In this document: positions 48,359 through 60,852 of the stretch, piece by piece
How the letters are laid out: each line of letters opens with the position of its first letter
How positions within the stretch are numbered: the stretch's first letter is position 1
Origin: Mustelus asterias
Taxonomy: Eukaryota
Reading direction: 5' to 3'
DNA: 64,000 bases
Assembly (NCBI RefSeq): GCF_964213995.1
Contig: NC_135808.1
Coordinates: forward strand, 12,834,001 to 12,898,000
Program-made: the position numbers and the translations under genes
The notes under the pieces: generated by a model
Seen by the model: the letters and a program-made list of their open reading frames with translations, nothing else
Database searches by the model: none
What the model was told of the DNA's origin: nothing

Positions 48359-48438
48359 AATACATTCAGGGTCATCAGCCTCTTTCACATTGGGGTTTGG
48401 AGTTGGGGTTCGAGTTCTCCATGCATTCCATTTTCTAT
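48359..48438 (-). CDS. Gene B juxtamembrane cytoplasmic exon (YRKWNAWRTRTPTPNPNVKEADDPECI)
   Basis: Acceptor caccaacag and donor ATT|GTAAGT, phase 1-0; basic stop-transfer RK directly after the TM. Confidence 0.8.
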
Positions 48439-49499
48439 CTGTTGGTGGTGAACATACAAATACAATGAGTTGTATCAATGACAGAATGAACTGAGCAAGG
48501 GTTTTTCAAAGAAAAGATTATTAAAATAGCAGCCCATAAATTCTTTCAAACACAAAACAAGTTGTCCTTTAATTTTTGCCATTTAGTGTGTCTATGTTTT
48601 AAGTTTTTTTACGTTTTATTTATTACTGTCACGAGTAGGCATTAACACCGCAATGAAGTTGCTGTGAAAATCCCCTAGTCGCCACACCCCATCTCCTGCT
48701 CTGGTACACTGAGGGAGAATTTAGCACGGCCAATCCACCTAACCAGCACATCTTTCAGACTATGGAAGGAAACCGGAGCACCCGGAGGAAATCTAGGCAG
48801 ACGCAGGGAGAATGTGTAGACTCCGCAAAAACAGTGACCCAAGCCAGGAGTTGAATCCAGGTCCCTGGCATTGTGAGGCAACAGTGCTAACCACTGTGCC
48901 ACCGTGCCGCCCAGTTTAACAGGTCATATGAAATTCCCTTCTCCATTATATTTATTAGCCTAGTTATTTCAATCCCTCAGCTAAAGTAGCAAATTAATTT
49001 CACAGAAACTGTTAAGAGATGAGCATCATTTCCATGCTTGAGGATATCGTGCTTTGGTCTTAGGGTCAGCAACTGGGGTGGCACAGTGGTTAGCACTGCT
49101 GTCTCACAATGCCAAGGACCCAGGTTCAATTCTAACCTTGGGTGACAGTCTGTGTGGAGTTTGCACATCCTCCCTGTGTCTGCGTAGGTTTCCTCTGGGT
49201 GCTCTGGTTTCCTCCCACAGTCCAAAGATGTACAGGTTAGGTGGACCGGCCATGCTAAATTGTCCCTTCGTGTCACAAGATGTGTAGGTTAGGGGGATTA
49301 GTGGGATAAATTGGTGGGGTTACGGCAGGAGTTTGAGCCTGGGAAAGAGTTGGTGCAGACCCGATGAGCCGAATGGCCTCCTTCTGTACTGTAAGGATTG
49401 TATGGTTCCATAATTGGCAAACAGTTAAAAGAAGCGATTGTGGCAAGAAAAAGTGGACATGGCTGACTGGTCATGTGCTGTACAAAGACATGTAAAATA

Positions 49500-50625
49500 T
49501 AAACATAAACTCTTCAATGATGAAGAATATTCCACCACTTGTTGAATGTATATTGAATATGTACTTCATATAATGACTTTTGGGATACCTGATGATGTTA
49601 GTTACCCAAATATGGATTGGGTTAATGATAGGGTGATGGCTAAGGAGTGGGAGGAATATCTGAACTACGTTCTGGAGAACTTCCTTGATCTGCAGGTACT
49701 CAGCCCAACTAGAAAGGAGGCATTGCTGAATGCAATGATGGGAAATGAGGTACATCAAGTAGACTAGGGGTGGGATTTTCTGGCCATGCTCGCCTGAAGA
49801 CCAGAAAATCCCACCAGTGGTCAAAGGACCTTTGCATGGTCCGCCCCCTGCCCGCTACGATTCCCTTGGCAGGCGGGAAGGGAAAATTCCTCCCTAAGTG
49901 TCTGTGAGGGAACACTTGGGTAAGAATGATTATATTATAAGGTTCTTGCCTTTCACATTATAAGGCTTTCATATCACATGACTATCATATCTTAAGGCTT
50001 CTTGGCCTTTTGGCTAGATCAAGCATCAGATCAAGCCAAGAAGTGGTGCAGTGCCTTATCTTGTCAGCTTGGATCTTGTTTTCCTCTCTTGTGGAGACCA
50101 TGAGTCGGATTCAATTGGAATTGGAATTTGGTTTTTGGAGCAAGCAAGGAATGGATTTCGGTCTGCCAGGTCCACTCTGAGCATTGGGTTTGGAACTTTA
50201 AGAATGGAGTAAAAAAACTTTTAAAAGACTATCATATCATTAGGTTTCGTTTAGTAATGGTGAAGGGCAAGAAGCAATCGAAGATAATATTTCTAAATTG
50301 GAACTTCAATGTGATGAGAAGGGATCTAGACAGGATAGAATGGAACCAGGAACTGACAGGAAACATTGCAATGGAACAGTGGGTGATCTTTAAGGAAGAG
50401 GTGTTTGAGATGTACAGGGTAAGAACATTCTGACAAGGAGGAAAAGGTGCAGGCGTGAAAAACAGGACTCCATGGATGATGAAGGAGATAGAGATGTCAA
50501 AACAAGAAAAGTGGGTGTACCATGTGTGTCAAGTGAATTCTTCAAGTGGAAACAAAATCAAGTACAACAGATTAAGGGGGGATGTGAGGAGGGAAATAAG
50601 ACTGGAAAAGAGAGAATGAGAATAG
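49500..50625 (+). mobile_element. Highly degraded CR1 ORF2 (endonuclease/tether region), interrupted by a MITE and the U2-derived insert
   Basis: YPNMDW, PTRKEALL and MGNE..QV remnants. Confidence 0.6.
49997..50226 (+). mobile_element. U2 snRNA-derived retroposed element (SINE-like or processed pseudogene)
   Basis: GCTTCTTGGCCTTTTGGCTAGATCAAG matches the U2 5' end; GGTTTTTGGAGCA and GTCCACTC..GCAT match the U2 Sm site and 3' region; A-rich tail; direct repeat GACTATCATATC at 49980-49991 and 50227-50238. Confidence 0.8.
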
Positions 50626-50756
50626 GATGGCAGTCAAGGGGGGGTGGGGGGGAGAAAGAGGCAGGGGAGAGGGAGGTGGTGAGTGGCATGGAGAGAGGTT
50701 CAAAGTTCAACAGGGGTCCTGGGGTTCAATTGGGAACCAAGGCCTGAAGGTCGCTG

Positions 50757-51335
50757 AGATTTGATTTGATTTGATTTATTGTTGTCACATGTATTGGTAG
50801 CCATGATGGAGAGATGCCGGCATTGGACTGGGGTAAACACAGTACGAAGTCTCGATATGCGCGATCTTCTTATATGTATCAGTAAACAGTGAAAAGTATT
50901 GTTTCTTGCACGCTATACAGACAAAACATACCATAGAGAAAGAAAGGAGAGGGGGCAGAATGTAGTGTTACAGTCATAGCTAGAGTGTAGAGAAACATCA
51001 ACTTAATACAACATAGGTCCATTCAAAAATCTGATGGCAGCAGGGAAGAAGCTGTTCTTGAGTTGATTAGTACGTGACCTCAGACTTTGTATCTTTTTCC
51101 CGACGGAAGAAGGTGGAAGAGAGTATGTCCGGGGTGCGTGAGGTCCTTGATTATGCTGACTGCTTTTCCGAGGCAGCAGGAAATGTAGACAGAGTCAATG
51201 GATGGGAGGCTGGTTTGAGTGATGGACTGGGCTACATTCACGACCCTTTGTAGTTTCTTGTGGCCTTGGACAGAGCAGAAGCCACACCGAGCTGCGATAC
51301 AACCAGACAGAATGCTTTCTATGGTGCAACTGTAA
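50757..51335 (-). mobile_element. Rex1/Babar 3' end with a short Penelope fragment inserted at about 50802-50853
   Basis: ORF 51080-51364 (IESILSGCI...HPGHTLFHLLPSGKRY) plus tail. Confidence 0.85.
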
Positions 51336-51531
51336 AGGGAGGCTAAACTGTGATGTAGGCCCAAGAGTTATGGGTGGTGTATAAGGGAGGGGACTGCACA
51401 AGGTGATATGAGTTAGCACGTATGGTATAATAGCGGAGAGTGAATGAAGTAGAAAATCTCAGTCAATCAAAGTTCTTTGCATGTATTACAACAGTTTTGA
51501 TACAACCTGTAACCACATCAACATTACTTAC

Positions 51532-51633
51532 ATATGATGTAACCGGCAAAAAGGATCAAAACTAAAATGAATGGCACGAATGCAGCAAAAATTAGATTTG
51601 TTTGTAGATTGTCGACTGGTTCACATTCATTAC
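51532..51633 (-). CDS. Gene B last TM exon (GNECEPVDNLQTNLIFAAFVPFILVLILFAGYII)
   Basis: Acceptor tatctattgcag and donor T|GTAAGT, 102 nt, phase 1-1, very strong TM helix. Confidence 0.85.
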
Positions 51634-52092
51634 CTGCAATAGATATCATCATATAAATTTACAAAGTGCAGTTCCAATGAGCACGCGACTCAAGACTCAT
51701 CATTATATAGTTAAAACTGAGATAAGATATGATGTAACATATCTTCTACAGTTTTACACAACACACAGTTCATTCAAAAAAATCAATAGCAAGGTTGGTA
51801 TATCATAAAATATAATTATACACTTTACATGAATAGAATTCATTGTCTAAAATGCACAGCATCAGAATATGCCCTATTAATCTGGTGCCAAAGTAGAAAT
51901 AATTCTGCCAGGAATACATTTGCTTAAACCAGAGTCTGGAATTTTCCAATCGTTCTTGCCAGGGGAATTTCCCAATCCCGCTGCAGTGAATGGAGATTTG
52001 GCTTGTCGCCAAATTATCCATCTTCCTCGCAGCGGGAACGTGGCATGAATGAGCGATAAGATCGCACCCATTGGTTGTATTCTAACCAAGGC

Positions 52093-52398
52093 AGGCGGCG
52101 CGGTGGCACAGTGGTTAGCACTGCTGCCTCGCAGCGCCAGGGACCCAGATTCGATTTGCCACTGTCTGTGCGGAATCTGCACATTCTACCCGTGTCTGCG
52201 TGGTTTTCCTCCGGGTGCTCCAGTTTCCTCCCACACTCTAAAGATGTGCTGGTTAGGTGCATTGGCCATGCTAAATTCCCCCTCAGTGTACCCGAACAGG
52301 CACCGGATTGAGGCGACTCGGGGATTTTCACAGTGTCTTCACTGCAGTGTTGATGTATGCCTACTTGTGACATTAATAAATAAACTTAAACTTAAACT
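52093..52398 (+). mobile_element. Tail-B V-SINE
   Basis: Same consensus; (TAAACT)n end. Confidence 0.9.
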
Positions 52399-52499
52399 AG
52401 AAAATAACAACTTCCAAGTGTCATTCCTTTTTGGATTGGGTATTTTTCCCACTCAATGTTCTTCCCACTTCGCATCAGCGATGGCTCGCAGAATTGTTA

Positions 52500-53200
52500 T
52501 GGTGCAGGTCCACAGATCCTTGAAGGTGACGTCACAGGTGGAGAAGGTAGTGAATAAGGCATATGGCATGCTTGCCTTTATAGGACGGGGCATAGAGTAT
52601 AAAAGTTGGGATCTGATGTTGCAGTTGTATAGAACGTTGGTTCGGCCGCATTTGGAATACTGCGTCCAGTTCTGGTCGCCACACTACCAGAAGGACGCGG
52701 AGGCTTTAGAGAGAGTGCAGAGGAGGTTTACCAGGGTGTTGCCTGGTATGGAAGGGCTTAGTTATGAGGAGAGATTGGGTAAACTGGGGTTGTTCTCACT
52801 GGAAAGACGGAGGATGAGGGGTGACCTATTAGAGGTGTATAAAATTATGAAAGGCATAGATAGGGTGAACGGTGGGAAGCTTTTTCCCAGGTCGGTGGTT
52901 ACGTTCACGAGGGGTCATAGGTTCAAGGTGAGGGGCCGGGGGTGGTGGGGGGGGGGGGGGGGTTTAACACGGATATCAGAAGGACGTATTTTACACAGGG
53001 TGGAGGGGGCCTGGAATGTGCTGCCGGGCAAGGTGGTGGAGGCGGACACACTGGGAACGTTTAAGACTTATCTAGATAGCCACATGAACGGAGTGGGAAT
53101 GGAGGGATACAAAAGAATGGTCTAGTTTGGACCAGGGAGCGGCGAGGGCTTGGAGGGCAAAGGACCTGTTCCTGTGCTGTATTGTTCTTTGTTCTCTTTG
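52500..53200 (+). mobile_element. CR1 3' fragment
   Basis: VQVHRSLKV...EGYKRMV* plus tail. Confidence 0.93.
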
Positions 53201-53679
53201 TTCTGAAGGAGGCCATTTGGCCCATCATGTCTACACTGGCTTTCTGAATGAGCATTATGCCCTCTTGATCCTCGGTGTCCACCGATTGAACAAACTGCTG
53301 AGTGGCCTGGAGCCAACACTTCATTTTGTGCCTCTTTTTTTATGATAAGACACCAGCTCTAAAATTGATGCCTCGGAACCCTCCACAGCTGCTTTCACAC
53401 TCCCTGTATTCGCCAAGGCTAAATGATCCAATAGTCTGAAATGCAGGGGCTAGGATGACAAGCTGTGGGTCCCCCTCTGACTTTCATTTTGGAAGTGAGT
53501 AACGCTGGTCTCTCTTTTATTGAACAGAAGAGACTGAGGGAGTGACCTAAGAGAAGCCTTTAAAATGATGACAGGTTTTGACAGGTTAGACACAGAGGGA
53601 ATGGCCCCACAGGTCAGGCAGAGCAAACTGGAAGCCAGCGATAGAAGTTAGTCTTCAAGAAATTAAACAGGGAATTCAA

Positions 53680-55432
53680 AGAAGAAAGAACAAAGAAAAT
53701 TACAGCACAGGAACAGGCCCTTCGGCCTCCAAGCCTGCACTGACCATGCTGCCCGACTTAACTAAAACCCACTACCCTTCCGGAGACCATATCCCTCTAT
53801 TCCCATCCTATTCACATACTTGTCAAGATGCCCTTTAAAAGTCACTACCGTATCCGCTTCCACTACCTCCCCCGGCAACGAATTCCAGGCACCCACTACT
53901 CTCTGTCTAAAAAACCTGCCTCGTACATCTCCTTTAAACCTTGCCCCTCACACCTTAAACCTATGCCCCCTAGTAATTGACTCTTCCACCCTGGGAAAAA
54001 GCTTCTGACTATCCACTCTGTCCATGCCTCTCATAATCTTGTAGATTTCTATCAGGTCTCCCCTCAACCTCCGTCGCTCCAGTGAGAACAAATCAAGTTT
54101 CTGCAACCCCTCCTCATAGCTAATGCCCTCCATACCAGGCAACATCCTGGTAAATCTTTTCTGTACCTTCTCCAAAGCCTCCACACCCTTCTGGTAGTGT
54201 GGCAACCAGAATTGAACACTGTATTCCAAGTGCGGCCTAACTAAGGTTCTATAAAGCTGCAACATGACTTGCCAATTTTTAAACTCAATACCCCGGCCGA
54301 TGAAGGCAAGCATTCCATATGCCTTCTTGACTACCTTCTCCACCTGCATTGTCACTTTCAGTGACCTGTGTACCTGTACACCCAGATCCCCTTGCCTATC
54401 AATATTCTTAAGGGTTCTGCCATTTACTGTATATTTCCTATCTGTATTAGACCTTCCAAAATGCATTACCTCACATTTGTCTGGATTAAACTCCACCTGC
54501 CATCTCTCCGCCCAAGTCTCCAACTGATCTATATCCTGCTGTATCCTCTGATGGTCCTCATCGCTATCCGCAAATCCACCAACCTTTGTGTCATCGGCAA
54601 ACTTACTAACCAATCCAGTTATATTTTCCTCCAAATCATTGATATATATTACAAACAGCAAAGGTCCCAGCACTGATCCCTGAGGAACACAGTCCAACGC
54701 CGGCATCTCCACATCATGAACACCACTTGTCACAGCCCTCCATTCAGAAACGCACCCTTCCACTGCTACCCTCTGTCTTCTTTGAGTCAGTTTTGTATCC
54801 ACCTTGCCAGCTCACCTCTGATCCCATACGACTTCACCTTCTGCACCAGTCTGCCATGAGGGACCTTGTCAAAGGCCTTACTGAAGTCCATGTAGACAAC
54901 ATCCACTGCCCTACCCTCATCAATCATCTTTGTCGCTTCCTCGAAAAATTCGATCAAGTTCGTGAGACACGATCTCCCCTTCACAAAACCATGTTGCCTC
55001 TCACTAATACGTCCACTTATTTCCAAATTGGAATAAATCCTGTCTCGAAGAATCCTCTCCAATAATTTCCCTACCACTGATGTAAGGCTCACCGGCCTGT
55101 AATTACCTGGATTTCCTTGCTACCCTTCTTAAACAAAGGAACAACATTGGCTATTCTCCAATCCTCCGGGACCTCCCCTGTAGCCAGTGAGGATACAAAG
55201 ATTTCTCTCCCTTGCCTCTCTCAGTATTCTGGGGTATATCCCATCAGGCACTGGGGACTTGTCTACCTTAATGTTTCTCAAGAACCCCAATACCTCCTCC
55301 TTTTTGATCTCAACATGACTCAAACTATCTACCCAACCTTTCCCAGACTCATCATCCACCAAGTCCTTCTCTTTGATGAATACTGACACAAAGTACTCAT
55401 TTAATACCTCGCCCATTTCCTCTGGCTCCACG
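53680..55432 (-). mobile_element. 5'-truncated CR1 LINE
   Basis: ORFs 55129-55431, 54787-55092 and 53948-54802. Confidence 0.95.
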
Positions 55433-55699
55433 CAATTCCTAAGAAACCTCTTTCGTCATATTTTGAAGTGAATGCATCAATGTGAGTAATATCAAAAACA
55501 TTTAGGAAAAAGTTTAGGGAAGGTCATGCCATAACAGTTAGATGATAAAGGATGAAGAGAGATTTGAGTGAAGCATTCATATTGAATGAGACTGGTTGAG
55601 CCCAAATGGTCTGTTTCTGTACTGTATTCTCAACGTAATTTGAAGTATTTTTGCCACTCAAGTTAAAAAGGCAGTTTAGGAGAAATTTATTTCCACAGG

Positions 55700-56382
55700 C
55701 GGCGGGGTGGCATCGTGGCACTGTGGTTAGCACTGCTGCCTCACAGCGCCAGGGACCCAGGTTCTATTCTGGCCTCGGGTCACTGTCTGTGTGGAGTTTG
55801 TCTCCCCGTGTCTGCATGTGTTTACTCTGGGTGCCATTCCTCTGGTTTAGAATTATAGAATCATAGAAACACTGCAGTGCAGAAGGAGGCCATTCGGCCC
55901 ATCGAGTCTGCGCCGACAACAATCCCACCCAGGCCCTATCCCCGTAACCCCACATATTTACCCCGCTAATCCCTCTAACCCACACATCCCAGGATACTAA
56001 CGGGCAATTTAACATGGTCAACCAACCTAACCTGGACTTCTTTCAGACTGTGGGAGGAAACCAGGGAGCACCCGGTGGAAACTCACGCAGACGCGGGGAG
56101 AATGTGCAAACTCCACTCAGACAGTGACCCAAGCCGGGAATCGAACACAGATCCCTGGAACTGTGAGGCAGCAGTGCTAACCACTGTGTCACCGTTTCCT
56201 CCCACAGTCCAAAGATGTTCGGGTTAGGTTGACTGGCTATGCTAAATTGACCCTAGTGTCAGGGGGATTAGCAGGGTAAATATGTCAAGTTACAGGAATA
56301 GGGCCTGGGTGGGATTGTTGTCGGTGCAGACTCAAGGGGCCGAATGGCCTCCTTCTGCACCGTAGGGATTCATTGATTCTAT
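55700..56382. mobile_element. V-SINE(+) interrupted by V-SINE(-) at about 55850-56193
   Basis: Plus-strand consensus resumes at GTTTCCTCCCACAG after the inserted copy. Confidence 0.85.
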
Positions 56383-56706
56383 GAGGATCGAATGTTTTAC
56401 CACAAGGAGCTGTTGAAATGGGACCATTGTATATATTGAAGGAAATTTGGAGAAGTATTTGAGGCAGAGTGCTCAGTCGGGATGTGAGGAGACAGCAGAG
56501 TAGAGTGATTAAATTCAGATTGGTCTTGCAAAGTGGCACAGACACAATGGGCCAAATGGCTTCCTTCTGCACTAGAATCATCAATCGTTTGATAGTTTCC
56601 AATGTACGATGTAGCAAAAATGACACAATCCTAACCAGACAATTCCTGACCCGACGTAACATTCAGAATTAATTTGCTGGCTTCTATTTTATCACTGACC
56701 ACTCAC

Positions 56707-56805
56707 CAGCTTGAAGCTTTGGTTTCGCAATCAGGAATGTCGATGTACACAACACACTGAGTTCACCTGCCGCAGTTACTGCGACCATTAACATCAGAAA
56801 GTGAG
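56707..56805 (-). CDS. Gene B TM exon (SHFLMLMVAVTAAGELSVLCTSTFLIAKPKLQA)
   Basis: Acceptor cattccttcccag and donor CTG|GTGAGT, 99 nt; only the phase-1 frame is open. Confidence 0.7.
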
Positions 56806-57583
56806 CTGGGAAGGAATGACACGCAATTACAGAGTGCGCAAAAAATTATGCACGCACGCACGCACACGGGAAGTACCTGAAGGATATTCCTATTCCTGTG
56901 TTTGGGATTATTGGATCATCTGGAACACAGGAAAATAGGCAGGAAAACTCTACATCCTGAGCAGTCTGCCTGATACTTGTTCCATTTCAAATCAGATTGC
57001 AAATCCGAGTCTTGTTTATGGATGTTTACACCTCTCTCCCCATTTCTCCTGGATTGGTTATGTCTGGGTGGTCCAATACTCCCAGGAGCAGAAAGTGACC
57101 TCTTTATCTTTCTCTACTGAACTTGTGGTCCAAATATGAGTGTGCGGGTGCCAGTGGTGGCTGTGAAATGAATTCACTGTCAGGCCATTCACTTGATCTA
57201 TTATTAATTTCACAGTCGTTGGCATTTGGCCATCATATCTCAACTGGTGATGGCCTCGTCACCTGGAGCTATTAACATAGAAACTCTAATTCTCCTTTTG
57301 CCCCTTCTGGATCCCCAAGTTCCAATGTTGGGATGTGCTGGGGAGCAGACATTACTTTACAGAAGAGAGATGTCGACTCTGCAGTGAAATTTGACAGAAG
57401 CAGCCTAATACTCCAAACAGCAAACCAAGGTCCAGCCTGACTCATGGCTTGAAGCAGGAATGTCAAGTCCATTTTCTATATTGGGCCTGATCTGACATTG
57501 CAGCACGTAAAGGTGGGGAAGCCACACTCAGCACAAGTTATTTGGAAACACTGATGGAAATTGGTGTGCTTTGTTGATTTCCT

Positions 57584-57935
57584 GGCAGCATGGTAGCACA
57601 GTGGTTAGCACTGCTGCCTCACAGTGCCAGGGACCCGGGTTTGATTCCAGCCTTTGGGTGACCGTCTGTGTGGAGTTTGCACTTTCTCCCCGTATCTGTG
57701 TGGGTTTCCTCTGGTTGCTCCGGTTTCCTCCCACAGTCCAAAAGTGTGTGGGTTAGGTGGATTAGCCATGCTAAACTGCCCCGTAGTATCCCAAGATGTG
57801 TAGGTTAGGAGGATTAATGGGGTAAATGCATGGGGTTAGAGCGGGGTGGGTGGGGGTGGTGGCTTGGGTAAGATGCACTGAGAGATGATGCAGACGCAAT
57901 GGGCCGAATGGCCTCCTTCTGCACTTTAGGGATTC
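57584..57935 (+). mobile_element. HE1-type V-SINE
   Basis: Same consensus. Confidence 0.88.
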
Positions 57936-58189
57936 AATGAAAATGGCTGCAATATAATTCAATTCTTTGGTCCCTGGCCCTACACCCAATCCAGTTGTGG
58001 TGTCACGGTCACTTTTGTCTTTCTCATCTTATATGCTTCGCTGGAAAACTGTAGTAGCTGTACAATGAAGGCTCCAGCACCTGTTTCAGGACCCCTTTGT
58101 AAATATACGTAAAAAGCAAGAAGGAGGATGTGCCATGTGATATCCATTAAGACTTTTAAAAAATAAAATTGGCTGCTGAAGTAAATTCA

Positions 58190-59083
58190 GGGACAGTGTG
58201 TCTGGTTAACAGTGAGGCGGAGTGTCTTGGGCTACAAGGCAATACAGAAGGAATGGTCAAATGGGCAGAAAAGTGGCAGATGGAATTTAACACTGAAAAG
58301 TGTGAGGTGATACACTTTGGAAGGAGTAATTTGACAAGAAAGTATTTAATGATGGTAGGACACTCAAAAGTTCTGCAGAACAAAGGGACCTTGGTGTGTT
58401 TGTCCACAGATCTCTGAAAGCAGAAGGGCATCTTAGTAGAGTAGTGAAAAATGCATATGGGACACTTGCTTTTATCAACCGAGGCAAAGATTACAAAAGC
58501 AGGAAAGTCATGTTGGAGTTGTATAAAACTTTGGTGTGGCCACAGCAAGAGTGCTGTGTGCAGTTCTGGTCGCCACATTATTGCACGGGAGGGGATGCAG
58601 AGAAAATTCACTCGCATGCTGCCTCGGATGGAACATTTAAGTTATGAAGAGACTTTGGATAGGTTTGAGTTGGTTTCGTTGGAGCAGAGAAGACTGAGGA
58701 GGCGACCTGATCGAGGTGTACAAGATTATGAGAGACATGGACATAGTAGATAAGGAGCAACTATTCCCCTTAGTTGAAGGGTCAGTCACAAGGGGACATA
58801 GGTTCAAGGTGAGGGGCAGGAGGTTTAGGGGGGATGTGAGGAAAATCTTTTTTGCCCAGAGGTTGGTGACGGTCTGGAATGCGCAGCCTGGGAAGGTGCT
58901 AGAGGATGGTTGCCTCAAATCCTTCAAAAAGTATCTGGATGAGCACTTGGCATGTCATAACATTCAACGCTATGGGTCAAGTGCTGGCAGATGGGATTAG
59001 ATGGGAGTTCAGGTGTTTCTAATGTGTCGGTGCTGACTCGATAGGCCAAAGGGCCTCTTCTGCACTGTATGATTCTATGATTC
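58190..59083 (+). mobile_element. CR1 3' fragment (older)
   Basis: WAEKWQMEFN...TRGHRFKV; ATTCTATG tail. Confidence 0.9.
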
Positions 59084-59207
59084 CTGGGTCCACAGTACTA
59101 CAGCTGGAGACTGTAAATTTACACTCAATCCTGCTGAATTTCCCCTTATGATTTACCAGAAATGCAGCGTGTCTAAATTTGAACCATCAAATCGAACATC
59201 ACTCTTT

Positions 59208-59497
59208 CAATCATAGAATCCCTACAGTGCAGAAGGAGGCCATTCGGACCATTGAGCCTGTACCAACAACAATCCCACCTCGTCCTATCCACGTAACCCT
59301 GCATATTTACCCTGCGAATCCCCCTGACACTTAGAGAGGATTTAGCACATCTTTGGACATGAAGGGGCAACTTAGCATGGCCAATCAACCTAACCTGCAC
59401 ATCTTGGATTGTGGGAGGAAACCCACACAGTCATGGGGAGAATGTGCAAACTCCACACAGAGAGTCACCCAAGGCCGGAATTGAACCCGGGTCCCTG
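59208..59497 (-). mobile_element. HE1-type V-SINE
   Basis: Same consensus. Confidence 0.85.
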
Positions 59498-59520
59498 TGC
59501 AATCGTGCGGTGACACCATA

Positions 59521-60073
59521 TGTGGGAGTTAGGTTACAACTGTGAAAATTAAAGTTCCATAATTGTCAAAAAAATACTCTGTCAAGTAATGGAAAATGAT
59601 TATTAGCCAAACACAGCCTTTAGTCAGGCCTTCAGTAAGGCTAACGCTGACGTAAGCAGGATAAGTGAGTATATCTAAAACCTTGTTCCAGAAACACTGC
59701 ATTCCAGGTCATGACAGCAGGATGAAAACAAAATAATAAGTTCCCATGGCGATTTCCAAATAGTAAGAAATGGGGACATATTATGCTAATAAAGGGTTGG
59801 TTTTCTATTGGATAAGAAAGGGCAAAAGGCCTATGCTATGATTGGTGGATATGTATGTCAATGAAAGATGTGAAAAATCTCTTGTTCCTGATTTGTAACT
59901 GCTGAGCTGTTTCTCTATAACCTGAGAACTGCTCCGGTCATCCAGTGTTGGTGGAGAGTTCTCCTTGTGCACAAGTAATCAAAGACTTTGCATTTGATGC
60001 ATGGTGTCCAGTGCTGTTTGTGTTAAGAGTCGACTGAGTGCCTTTAGATTGCTGATACCCAAGAGAACGAACA
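59521..60073 (+). mobile_element. Solo LTR (ERV-like), 553 bp
   Basis: TGT...ACA termini, 4-bp TSD CATA (59517-59520 and 60074-60077), ATTGG boxes and TATAA. Confidence 0.7.
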
Positions 60074-60149
60074 CATAGAATCCAAATCTCACCAACCCTC
60101 CCCTCAACATTGACCATGAGATTTTAGAACACTGGATATAAAAACTTAC

Positions 60150-60254
60150 ACTTGGCCTTCAGGATCGTGAATGACCTGTCACAAATCAAAAATACGGATG
60201 GCATTGCCAAGAGACAGAAGAACACCAATACGGACACTGTTTTTTTGTCAGGTC
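60150..60254 (-). CDS. Gene B TM exon (GPDKKTVSVLVFFCLLAMPSVFLICDRSFTILKAK)
   Basis: Acceptor ttttgttcttttaatag and donor T|GTAAGT, 105 nt, phase 1-1, open and hydrophobic. Confidence 0.75.
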
Positions 60255-60469
60255 CTATTAAAAGAACAAAAAGCGAATAAAGTTACATAATTTCATCGAT
60301 GAGAGAATATGTGCCATTTGCAAGTTCATTCACCACCGCGCCTCTCAAGACGTGGCAAGACTGTGAAGCATGAAAAGAACGGGAGATAGTGACTTTCATG
60401 TATTGCTTAAGGGAGGCAGGAGGTGCAATATTTGGATTTTCATCGGGCCTTTAACAACGTTCAGATAAT

Positions 60470-60810
60470 TTGAAATCAGGAAACAAGTCGCAGAATGGAC
60501 AGGAAGTTTGGAAAATAAATGGATATAGGAGAAACGATACAGTTTGAATGTATACAAAAATCATTACAACTCGTGATGCAGGTTAATAAAGTCATTAAAA
60601 ATTGAACTGAGATCCATTTACAGAGGGTTAAAATTGAACAACCAAGATGTTAAGTTGAATTTGTATCAAACATTGATTACGCCTCACTTATCGAATACTG
60701 TTCATTTCTCCAATTATAAAAATGATAAAGGCGCACGTGAAGGTGCAAAGGTATCTCACAAGAATTATATCAGAGTTGACAGATTATAACGATGAGGAAA
60801 GGCTGAGTGT
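60470..60810 (+). mobile_element. Very degraded CR1 fragment
   Basis: Remnant LYQTLI.PHL motif. Confidence 0.4.
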
Positions 60811-60852
60811 CATGAAAATGTGCTCTATGCCAAATAGTAATTTTTAACACAC

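Larger units (their letters stand above)
46910..49405. mobile_element. V-SINEs at 46910-47100(-), 48615-48912(-, tail B) and 49076-49405(+), interleaved with other DNA
   Basis: Same consensus. Confidence 0.85.

Noticed and set aside
48359-51633. Class I cytokine receptor reading (TM plus Box1-like PTPNP)
   Set aside because: The upstream exons are further TM segments and no WSxWS/FN3 exon was found.
52929-52962. G-run and G-quadruplex potential (also 13752-13800)
   Set aside because: Homopolymer expansion in a dead CR1 or low-complexity DNA; no functional evidence.
52049-53125. 358-aa ORF
   Set aside because: Chance read-through from a MITE end and V-SINE into a CR1 RT fragment; no evidence of a gene.
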